NCBI GenBank assembly: GCA_002269645.1
Contig: NIVC01001780.1
Location: 62,001 to 126,000 of the forward strand
Direction of reading: 5' to 3'
Source of the DNA: Macrostomum lignano
Lineage: Eukaryota
Length of the DNA: 64,000 bases
Shown: piece by piece, positions 53,812 to 64,000 of the stretch
How positions within the stretch are numbered: position 1 is the first letter of the stretch
Layout: every line of letters begins with the position of its first letter
Made by a program: the position numbers and the translations under genes
Notes under the pieces: model-generated
Database searches by the model: none
What the model was told of the DNA's origin: nothing
What the model saw: the letters and a program-made list of their open reading frames with translations, nothing else

Positions 53812-56559
53812 ATGCGGATTGTACGAATCTTAAGTCTTCTGCAGCTTCTAGCATCTGCCGCCTTCGCCGCCATCGAGATGCCTCTGGGAGCTGACGATGT
53901 CAACTTCAACACCAAGGTGGGAAATCTGGCTCGCCAGGATCCAACGCTGCCAGCGCCTGAGTCCGAGTCCGGTCAGTACGACAGCGTCCGGCTCATCCCG
54001 CTGAACAGCAGGCTGGCCGGCTACTTCACCATCGATCGTCAGACCACCGTGTCGGCGATGCGCGACATCGACCGCGACGAGATTTGCTCTCTGGCCGCCT
54101 GCTGCGAGACCATCGACTGTCGGCTTGACTACACCGTGTCCATCACCGTTCGAGCCGGCTTCCCCGTGACCAGATCCCTCAGCCTGATCCTGGTTGACGA
54201 GAACGATCAGAAACCAATCTTCCCCAATCTGGAGCCAATTGACATCGCAGAGGACGCGCCAGTCGGCCTGACTAATATCCGCCTGGCCTCGGCCACCGAC
54301 AAGGACTCGCCGCCGAACCGGGTAAAAAACTACAGCATGACCGACCCAAGCGGCACGTTCGATGTCTTCATCCGGGACGGAGTGGTGCCGTACCTCAAGC
54401 TGCTGGTACCGCTGGACCGGGAGCGCGTGCCCCAGTACCAAGTGACGCTCCGAGCTACAGACGGTGCGCACGAGAGCTCCGTTGTGGTGACAATCCGCGT
54501 CACGGATGTCAACGACAATTCCCCCGTGTTCGTTAGAGATCTGGTGACAACCAGCTTTTCCGAGAACGAAAAAGTTGGCGCGCAAATCACCCCCCTGTCG
54601 GCGAACGACGTCGATACGGGACCGAACGCCAACCTGACCTACAGTATCGAATCAGTGACGCCCGCAGCTCTCGCCAGCCACTTCAGCGTGGGCATCAAGG
54701 ACGGTCAGTCGAAACTGTTGCTAGCTAAGAGCTTAGATTATGAGCAACCGGAGCAGCGTTCGGCTAAAATCCTGGTTGTCGCCCGGGATCAGGGCACTCC
54801 GCCGAGGTCTTCCACCTTGACAATCCAAGTCAGCGTCACAGACTATAACGACAACGATCCAGTGATCAAGGAGCTCAGCAGCCATGTCCTGGAGGAGCAC
54901 ATGCCGGCGGGCCAGCTGGTGAAAACCCTACTGGTCACCGACGCCGATAAAATTTCCATCGGGCTGGTGATCTGCAAGATCGATTCGTCCAATCCACGCT
55001 TCCGGCTGCAACTCGGCAGCGCCTCCACCACCCTGGACTCGATGGAGCGGCTGATTTACAACATGACAACGGCTTCATCATTCGACTACGAGGTCATGCA
55101 GGTGGAGACCGTCAAGATCAAGTGTGTTGACAACGCCTCGCCGGGTCGACACGCGTCTCGAACCTACGAAATTCCAATCAACGAGACCAACGACTTCGCA
55201 CCGATCTTTGACAAGAGAAACTACCACGCGGCTGTTTACGAAGATCTCGCCGAAGGCCTGTCAGTCCTGCCCATGCCAGTGCTGGCTACCGATAAGGACA
55301 GGGGCACCTACGGCGTGGTGCTCTATGAACTGGATGCCGAAGGGCAGAAGAACTTCAGCATTCGTGAGTCTAGCGGAATTGTTGAAGTTCGCGGCCGACT
55401 GGACAGGGAAACAGCCACGCATCTGAGCTTCAAGGTGATAGCGAAGAACTACGACGGGCCAAAAGGTGTTCTAAGCGACACGGCCAAGGTGGTAATCGAA
55501 CTTCTGGACGTGAACGACAACAAGCCTCAGTACCTAGGACCTCCGGGCTTCTCTGTTGTTGAGAACTCGCCCCCGGGAACCCTGGTGGGCCGCGTACAGT
55601 TCCAAGACGACGACGCTGGAGAGAACGGCACCGTTCGCTTCCAGATCAGCGGATCCGAGAACGACAATGTCGCCAACGAGTACCTGCGGCTTGACGAGGC
55701 CGGCAACATCACCGTGCAGAAGAAGATCGACCGCGAGGTTCACAGCAGATTCTTCCTGTCCATCAGAGCCAACGACCTTGGCCGTCAGGTCACCCAGACC
55801 ACTGTAGTTCAGCTGGATATCGAAGTGCAGGACGTCAACGACTGTCACCCGGTGATCCGCGAGCCCAGGCCGAGCGCCCTGGTCGGCGTAAATCCCGTCG
55901 TTTACACCGATCTGCCGCGCAAATCCATGCTGGTGCTGGTGCTGGCCGAGGACAAGGACCGGGGCGAGAACGGGACCCTGACCTACCGCCTGGGTCCTGG
56001 CAACGCCACCGACCTGCTGGGCATCGACGCCGACAAGGGCGAGCTGCACTCGCTGTGGGACCCTCAGTTGCAGCCGCCGCCACCAGGAATCTACTCCGTC
56101 ACGGTCATCGTGTCTGACCGCGGCACGCCCGAACCGTTGGAGGATCGCGTCGCCTTCTACCTGAAGCTCACCGCGCCTCGCGGGCAACTGTACCGGTTCG
56201 GCTCCGCGGGACTCAGCGGCCTCATTATCCTGGTGGTGATCATTGCCGGCACAGTCATCATCGCTGTTGGATTGATCGCCGCGATCTGCTACGTCCGCGG
56301 ACGCTCTGGACTGTCCGCATTTGGCAACGACCCGGCCGACAGCGAGGCGCGGGTCAAGATGACGGACGAGGACGGCGGTTGCGGCGGCTACCGTGACAGT
56401 CCACGGATCTACGGGAGCCAGCAGCAGCAGCAGCTCCTGCTGCAGCAGCAACAGCAGCATCAGCAGCAGATGCACCAGCAGCATCAGCAGCAGTTTTACA
56501 CCTGGCAGAGATCGGGATCTCCTATGGGCAGCTTGATGAAGGAAGACTGCAACAGCCAG
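53812..56559 (+). CDS. Protocadherin (7 EC repeats, delta1-like), large exon encoding signal peptide, ectodomain, TM and proximal tail; further cytoplasmic exon(s) expected
   Basis: Signal peptide MRIVRILSLLQLLASAAFA; linkers DENDQKP, DVNDNSP, DYNDNDP, ETNDFAP, DVNDNKP, DVNDCHP plus a seventh repeat; LDRE/LDYE and A.D.D motifs; TM LIILVVIIAGTVIIAVGLIAAICYV; donor CAG|GTAAGA at 56560, phase 0. Confidence 0.95.
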
Positions 56560-56629
56560 GTAAGATGAGCTTGCGGTGCTTTTTTAGTATAAATTTTGGT
56601 AGTTCAATGAGTAGATTGATGGATAGCTG

Positions 56630-57275
56630 GAGGCGCCTAGCAGACATCAGGGGCGCCAATCAGACACCAGGGGAGCCAAAAAGACACCAGGGGCGCCAAA
56701 ACAGACACCAAGGGTGCCAAGCAGACACCAGGGGCGCCAATTAGACATCAGGGGCGCCAAGCAGACACCAGGGGAGCCAAAAAGACACCAGGGGCGTCAA
56801 AACAGACACAAGGGGCGCCAAGCAGACACCAGGGGCGCCAATTAGACATCAGGGGCGCCAAGGCCAAGCAGACACCAGGGGCGCCAATCAGACATCAGGG
56901 GCGCCAAGAAGACACCAGGGCGCCAATTAGACATCAGGGGCGCCAACCAGACATCAGGGGCGCCAAGCAGACACCAGGGGCGCCAATTAGACATCAGGGG
57001 CGCCAAGCAGACACCAGAGGAGCCAAAAAGACAGCAGGGGCGGCAAAACAGACATAAACAGACACCAGGGGCACCAAGCAGACACCAGGGGCGCCTAAAC
57101 AGACAGCAGGGGCGGCAAAACAGACATAAACAGACACCAGGGGCGCCAAAAAGACACCAGGGGCGCCAAAAAAGACACCAGGGGCGCCAATCAGACATAA
57201 ACAGACACCAGGGGCGCCAAAAAGACACCAGGGGCGCCAAAAAAGACACCAGGGGCGCCAATCAGACATCCAGAC
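56630..57275. repeat. About 20-bp GGCGCC-core minisatellite (agacaccaggggcgccaa..), starting about 70 bp after the protocadherin donor
   Basis: Direct reading. Confidence 0.95.
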
Positions 57276-57699
57276 ATCAAGACCCTCAAAAACCTCATCA
57301 AGACCTCAACAGGTGCCAACTAGACGATACAATAAATACCAAATTTTGCAACCGCAATGCAACACGTAGTTATGCATTAGGCCACTAAGAACATCTAAAA
57401 TAGTCAGGACTTTATACTGTACTGCATGAAGCATCAAACAGACTTAGCAAATAAAAGGTCTTGAGAAACCATGACAGACACACGAAAATAGGTTAGGCGT
57501 TTGGGTACACATTCGTAGCGGGTCGTTGTGTTTGCTATAACACTTCTCCGCGTTCGCATTGCACTAGCTCTATAGTTTCTTGTTTGAACTATTACATATT
57601 GAATGCTAAACATAAATTCCTGGGAAATTCGTTTTGGTTTAGTTTGCGGGGAAAGTTTTTCTCAGCTTTGGCATGGACAGGGTTGTTTTACATCGGGAA

Positions 57700-58238
57700 G
57701 GCGCTATTTCATCCAAGGGGACGCTATTTCATCTAAGGGGCGCCATTTTATCTAAGGGGCGCCATTTCGTCTAAGGGGCGCCATTTCATCTAAGGGGCGC
57801 CATTTTATCTAAGGGGCGCCATTTCGTCTAAGGGGCGCCATTTCATCTAAGGGGCGCCATTTTATCTAAGGGGGCGCCATTTCATCTATGGGGGCGCCAT
57901 TTCATCTAAGGGGGCGCCATTTCATCTAAGGGGGCGCCATTTCATCTAAGGGGGCGCCATTTCATCTAAGGGGGCGCCATTTCATCTAAGGGGGCGCCAT
58001 TTCATCTAAGGGGGCGCCATTTCATCTAAGGGGGCGCCATTTCATCTAAGGGGGCGCCATTTCATCTAAGGGGGCGCCATTTCATCTAAGGGGACGCCAT
58101 TTCATCTAAGGGGGCGCCATTTTATCTAAGGGGGCGCCATTTTATCTAAGGGCGCCATTTCATCTAAGGGGTGCCATTTTATCTAAGTGGGCGCCATTTC
58201 ATCTAAGGGGCGCCATTTTATCTAAGTGGGCGCCATTT
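57700..58238. repeat. 19-20-bp GGCGCC-core minisatellite (ggggcgccatttcatctaag)
   Basis: Direct reading. Confidence 0.96.
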
Positions 58239-58864
58239 CATTTAAAGTGCCGAAAACCCTAGCTGAGCATAAGTATAAAATTTTTCAACTCAGCCCCAGC
58301 GCCCAAGCGCATCTTCATCTCTGGGGCTCTGCTTGTTTCCTTCATCCTTTTCAGCCTGTCGGAAGCCGCTGCCTCTTCAGGGAAAGTGCAGGAAATTGCT
58401 GTTGTCACGACAGTTTTGTTTTAATACAGCGCCAGTGAAAAGGACCGCCTTTTCTACTAGAGCTATGTCAGGGACCTCTAGGGAGATTTGGACTGGTAGC
58501 TAACGACAGGCAGTCCTACTAATTGAATCCAGAAGTCCATGACAGTAGGCCTGAACAAACTGGAAACTGAAATGTTTGGCTAAAAAAATTTAGGAAAATA
58601 GAATGTGCGAAGGATGATGAGAGAGGAACTTGGAGGCGGGTACGAGACTACAGATTCTGAGTCTGTGTGCTCTATAATAACAAAAAAGTTGCTCAGTCTG
58701 CTTTGGCTGAAGAAAAGTATTCACTAGCAAGCATAACTGCGCTGGGATCGAATTTCAAGCAGACATTCTTTTATTATGCCTTTCACTGTCTTATCGCTAT
58801 TGACTACAGATGTGCCATTGGGTTCGCACTTTGTTGAATTCAAAATGCGGGAAATTGGAGGTGG

Positions 58865-59838
58865 ACAGAAGGAAGCGGAGAAGGTGAAAGAGGGAGAAGG
58901 GGAGAAGAAGAGGGAGAGTGAGAGAGAGGGAGAGGGAGATGGAGAGGGAGATGGAAAGAGAGAGAGGGAGAGAGGGAGAGGGAGAGAGGGAGAGGGAGAG
59001 AGGAAGAGATGGAGAGACGGAGAGGAAGAGGGAGAGGGAGAGGGAGATGGAGAGGGAGAGGGAGAGGGAGAGGGAGAGGGAGATGGAGATGGAGAAGAAG
59101 ATGGAGAAGGAGATGGAGAGGGAGATGGAGAGGGAGATGGAGAAGGAGATGGAGAGGGAGAGGGAGATGGAGATGGAGAGGGAGATGGAGAAGGAGATGG
59201 AGAGGGAGAGGGAGACGGAGATGGAGAGGGAGAGGGAGAGGGAGAGGGAGAGGGAGATGGAGATGGAGAGGAAGATGGAGAAGGAGATGGAGAGGGAGAG
59301 GGAGAGGGAGAGGGAGAGGGAGATGGAGAGGGAGAGGAAGATGGAGATGGAGAGGGAGAGGGAGAGGGAGATGGAGAGGGAGAGGGAGAGGGAGAGGGAG
59401 AGGGAGATGGAGATGGAGAGGGAGATGGAGAAGGAGATGGAGAGGGAGAGGGAGACGGAGATGGAGAGGGAGAGGGAGAGGGAGAGGGAGAGGGAGATGG
59501 AGATGGAGAGGAAGATGGAGAAGGAGATGAAGAGGGAGATGGAGAGGGAGATAGAGAGGGAGATGGAGAAGGAGATGGAGAGGGAGATGGAGAGGGAGAG
59601 GGAGATGGAGAGGGAGAGGGAGAGGGAGAGATGGATAGGGAGAGAGATGGAGAGGGAGATAGCGAGGGAGATTGAGAGGGAGAGGGAGAGGGAGAGGGAG
59701 AGGGAGATGGAGATGGAGAGGGAGAAGGAGATGGAGAGGGAGATGGAGAGGGAGAGGGAGATGGAGAGGGAGAGGGAGAGGGAGAGATGTAAAGGGAGAG
59801 GGAGAGGGAGATAGCGAGGGAGATTGAGAGGGAGAGTG
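58865..59838. repeat. (GAGAGG/GAGATG)n hexamer tract; reverse complement of the 46.4-kb tract family
   Basis: Direct reading. Confidence 0.96.
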
Positions 59839-60384
59839 GGCGGACACTGCCTCTCTGAAGCTGTATTGATTTGAATCGTACGCTTGTAATTTATCTTAAA
59901 TAGTAAAAAAGGTTTTTAAAAACTGAAAAACTTTTAAGCCATCCCGACGGGCTAGGAGCTCTTGAACTCTAAAATCCACCGATATGTAACGAAAACTATT
60001 CTGACTCGAGCCAGTGCGAGACACAAGACCGACCCCTGCCGTAGGTTGTGAAAATCAAGAAGTGAAAAAATCACAGTTGAATTTAATTAATTTCAGCTAT
60101 TTCGAGTTGAAAATCGTGGACTGTCTTAATTATAATTCCATTTCTCAGATTTTTCGAGCTCTCTGATTGCTTATTCACCAACTTTTCAATATGCTGCGAG
60201 TGGTTGATTCGATTTCTGGGAGCAACTTTTTTTGAGCTTCGAATTAGGCGGTAATATAATATTTGCATGGCAACCGAACCCTCGGGGCTTAAATAAGAGT
60301 TGTTTCGAGGCGAAAAGCTACTTATTTAGCATCAGAGTTCTACTACCGTGACCTCAGATCTTTTTGATCCCTGAGTGACCTGAT

Positions 60385-60823
60385 ACTGCTCATAGTACAG
60401 TCATAGTACAGTCACAGATACTGCTCATAGCACAGTCACAGATACTGCTCATCGCACAGTCATAGACACTGCTTATAGCGTAGTCATAAACACTGCTCAT
60501 AGCACAGTCATAGACACTGCTCATAGCACAGTAATAGACACTGCTCATAGCACAGTCATAGACACTGCTCATAGCACAGTCATAGACACTGCTCATAGCA
60601 CAGTAATAGACACTGCTCATAGCACAGTCATAGATACTGCTTATAGCACAATCGTAGATACTGCTCATAGCACAGTCATAGATACTGCTCATAGCACAGT
60701 CACAGATACTGCTCATAGCACAGTCACAGATACTGCTCATAGCACAGTCACAGACACTGCTCATAGCAAAGTCATAGATACTGCTCATAGCACAGTCATA
60801 GATACTGCTCATAGCACAGTCAG
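60385..60823. repeat. 24-bp array (ctgctcatagcacagtcatagata)
   Basis: Direct reading; same family as 63640-64000. Confidence 0.96.
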
Positions 60824-60937
60824 GTCATTCTGAACCAAGAGGAACCTACACCATCAAAAGCTCTATTAGGATCAGAGCTGGGAGTCCTGCATCAAAAGCA
60901 GGCCTCAGCTCAGCAGACATCTCAACGGACTCATTAA
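60824..60937 (+). CDS. Possible terminal protocadherin exon (VILNQEEPTPSKALLGSELGVLHQKQASAQQTSQRTH*)
   Basis: AG at the array edge, phase 0 compatible, 37 open codons of Q/S/P-rich sequence; no pyrimidine tract and no homology recognised. Confidence 0.22.
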   Translation, partial: VILNQEEPTPSKALLGSELGVLHQKQASAQQTSQRTH

Positions 60938-61524
60938 AACTTCAGCCTCTCCTTGGCTTGCCCCGCACCATCATGCAGAATTTCATTAGCCGCATGCTGC
61001 AAGCTGACTGACTAGCTTCATCATTATAATTCTTTCACAGGACGGCTGAGACTTGTTCCTGTGTCAGCTTTTTTTCTACTTCGAGCCTTTTTTATCCAGA
61101 AGATTTTTTATGCTTTCTCCGCCGCGCCATCTTGTCCTGTAATTCGTGCTCATTGATGCAGCCGTGCCTATTAATTTTCTGCGGACCAGGGATATCAATC
61201 CCCCCCCCCCCCCAAATGTTCGGCCTTCTCATCCCCATTCATCTCAACTGCAAGTTGCCGAGGGACTGTCTGTCCTGTGCTCTCGACTCCCCTCTGATCA
61301 CTGGCTGTCTTTTTGTGAGTCAGCCAGAGAGGTAATTGCCGGCTGTTGAGATTGAGAAATCTTTTCGAGAATTGATGACCGAGATTTCGGGACTCGCAAC
61401 TTCAGCGCGGAGTTTATCTTGCACCTCAATCTCCGTTTGTTCTCAGTTCCTTCATTTCCTTCACTCTGCAGCCTCGGGTTTTTGTATCCTGTTGCTTTTC
61501 CCTGATCCCTTATCTCTCAGCTCT

Positions 61525-62362
61525 AATCTCTAGTATCTAAACTCTAAACTGTAATCTCTAGTCTCTAGTCTCTTATCTCTAATCTCTAATCTCTAGTCTC
61601 TAATCGCTAATCTCTGGTCGCTAATTTCCTATCTCTAATTTCTAGTCTCTATAAACTCTTATCTCTAGTCTCTAGTCTCTTATCTCTAATCTCTAATCGC
61701 TAATCTCTAATTTCTAGTCTCCTTAAACTCTTATCTTTAAATTCTAGTCTCTATAAACTCTAAACTATAATCTCTAGTCTCTATAAACTCTTATCTCTAA
61801 TCTCTAGTCTCTAATCTCTTGTCTCTAATCTCTTGTCTCTAATTTCTAGTCTCTATAAACTCTTATCTCTAATCTCTAGTCTCTAATCTCTTGTCTCTAA
61901 TCTCTAATCTCTAGTCTCTAATCTCCTATCTCTAATTTCTAGTCTCTATAAACTCTTATCTCTAGTCTCTAGTCTCTTATCTCTAATCTCTAATCTCTAA
62001 TCTCTAGTCGCTAATCTCTTATCTCTAATTTCTAGTCTCCTTAAACTCTTATCTCTAAATTCTAGTCTCTATAAACTCTAAACTATAATCTCTAGTCTCT
62101 ATAAACTCTTATCTCTAATCTCTAGTCTCTAATCTCTAGTCTCTAATCTCTAGTCTCTAATCTCTAATCTCTAGTCTCTAATCTCTAGTCTCTAATCTCC
62201 TATCTCTAATTTCGAGTCTCTATAAACTCTTATCTCTAATCGATCTATAGTCTCTAATCTCTTATCTCTAATTTACAATTTCTCATATCTAATCTCCCTT
62301 CTTTAATCTCTCTTGTCTAATCTTTAATCTCTAGTATCTAATCTCTGATCTCTGATCTCTGA
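61525..62362. repeat. 7-bp-based repeat (tctctaa/tctctag/tctctta)
   Basis: Direct reading. Confidence 0.95.
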
Positions 62363-62548
62363 CGATTAGAAAGTCAGAGGCCCGCTGTACACTCTGTGTG
62401 AGCGGATTGGGCCGTCAACGATAGGGTTGTGGGACCGATGTCCCCGAAGGCATTGCTTCAGGGTGGCACACACTTCTCAACTCTTTGCACTTTTAATTAT
62501 CTTTATGAATATATTCTTTTCAAGTAAGTATTTTAGACAAATTAAGAT

Positions 62549-62804
62549 ATGCAACCGACAGCTCAGCCGCATCTGAAGGCTGCGTACGGCTGTTCAGTCC
62601 AAGGACTGGGGGGGGGGGTGGGGTCGCCACACAGCCTCAATTACCCCAGCTAATGCTGGCACCATTTTACAGCTGGGTGAACTGAAGCAATGCAGAGTCA
62701 AGTGTCTCTTGCTCAAGGACACAAATTGTTCCCGAGTGGGTCGAGAATCGAACCCCCGACCTTCAAGTCGTGAGTTCGACGCTCAAACTACTAGGCTACA
62801 ACCC
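62549..62804 (-). mobile_element. tRNA-derived SINE (Val-CAC-like head) with CORE-like central domain
   Basis: Minus strand: A box tagcctagtagtt, loop ctcacga, B box ggttcgattc, then gtgtccttgagcaagagacacttgactctgcattgcttcagttcacccagctgtaaaatgg, resembling the recalled MIR/CORE consensus gtgaccttgggcaagttacttaacctctctgtgcctcagtttcctcatctgtaaaatgg; second copy at 1-98. Confidence 0.82.
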
Positions 62805-63364
62805 TTCGAATTGAAGTTTATTATTATTTCATCAGAAAAAAACACAGAAGCATCTTGATCGAATACTCAAAGCAGAGTAATTGCAATCAAATTTTGCAAC
62901 TAAGCAGTTACTCTGATGTTTTAAAATAATCTTGTAGCGTTCCCTAAGCACAGCTGTCATCGTTTAGAACTCAGTCAGTCAGTCACAACGACGTCCCAAA
63001 CTGAACCCTTGAGCTCCCCGAAACGTAAATTCCTCTTCAAGGGAAATCTTGTGACGGAAGTAAATTCTATATTTTGTTCTGTTCCCCAATTTTTCGACTG
63101 ACAGGGAAGAGTGTTGTGACAGTTTTATCGGCAGAACCGCTGCCAGGTCCCTCAGGACAGATTCTCGAGATGATTTCGGCGAAAGAGAGGCTGACATTAG
63201 AGGCAGACAGAAATGATTGAGTGAACAAGAATTTGCTAAAGATTTTCTCCGTTTTTTCCTCTGTCAAGTGCGGACTGAGTTGATTTGCCTGCAAACTGAT
63301 TTGAGCAACTGCTCAGCGAGTGCGCTTGCACCAGGAAAATTAAGGCCGTAAATCTTAGCTTTAC

Positions 63365-63578
63365 TCATGTAGGATTCTGCTCATAAACCTATGGATTCTG
63401 CTCATTAACCTATGGATTCTGCTCATAAACCTATGGATTCCGCTAATAAAAATATGGATTCTGCTCATAAACCTATGGATTCTGCTCATTAACCTATGGA
63501 TTCTGCTCATTAACCTATAGATTCTGATCATAAACCTATGGAATCCGCTAATAAAAATATGGATTCTGCTCATAAAAC
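63365..63578. repeat. 21-bp array (ggattctgctcataaacctat)
   Basis: Direct reading. Confidence 0.94.
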
Positions 63579-63639
63579 ATTACACTTGTAAATTCATGGA
63601 TTTTGTTTAAAATATCAAAGTTTGATTTTTAACAAATTG

Positions 63640-64000
63640 TGCTCATGGCACAATCATAGATAACTGCTCATAGCACAGTCATAGACACTGCTTATAGCAC
63701 AGTCATAGACACTGCTCTTAGCATAGTCATAGACACTGCTCATAGCACAGTCACAGATACTGCTCATGGCACAGTCACAGATACTGCTCATAGCACAGTC
63801 ATAGATACTGCTCATAGCACAGTCATAGACACTGCTCATAGCACAGTCACAGATACTGCTCATAGCAAAGTCATAGATACTGCTCATAGCATAGTCACAG
63901 ATACTGCTCATAGCACAGTCACAGATACTGCTCATAGCAAAGTCATAGATACTGCTCATAGCACAGTCACAGATACTGCTCATAGCACAGTCATAGATAC
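63640..64000. repeat. 24-bp array (ctgctcatagcacagtcacagata), runs off the window edge
   Basis: Direct reading. Confidence 0.96.

Noticed and set aside
53848-56484. Antisense and alternate-frame ORFs over the protocadherin, GPCR and RIOK2 exons
   Set aside because: Shadow ORFs expected from GC-rich codon usage; no motifs of their own.
62735-62804. tRNA-Val-like gene on the minus strand
   Set aside because: Imperfect stems and direct fusion to a CORE-like domain; it is a SINE head.

Overview
Animal (metazoan) genomic DNA with spliceosomal introns, not prokaryotic. It holds four protein-coding genes, reconstructed from GT-AG splice sites and recalled family motifs: (1) the first two coding exons of ciliary CFAP221/PCDP1 on the minus strand, running off the left edge; (2) a two-exon class A peptide-type orphan GPCR with a very long second extracellular loop; (3) a complete five-exon RIOK2 (RIO2 kinase) gene, 471 aa; (4) a 7-cadherin-repeat protocadherin whose ectodomain, TM and polyQ region sit on one 2.75-kb exon. 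About 25 kb (roughly 40%) of the window is tandem repeat: over 30 arrays, mostly 20-32 bp minisatellites with palindromic cores, several filling introns almost from splice site to splice site. There are two tRNA-derived SINE families (one copy with a 50-bp target duplication), a solo LTR inserted in a minisatellite, a decayed gypsy RT fragment and a MITE-like element. GC-rich exons plus minisatellite-filled introns suggest a Macrostomum-like flatworm (inference only). The most unusual signals are eight differently flanked minisatellite arrays sharing a GGCGCC core around the protocadherin locus, and about 100 sense-strand GTAAG donor-like sites in RIOK2 intron 2.
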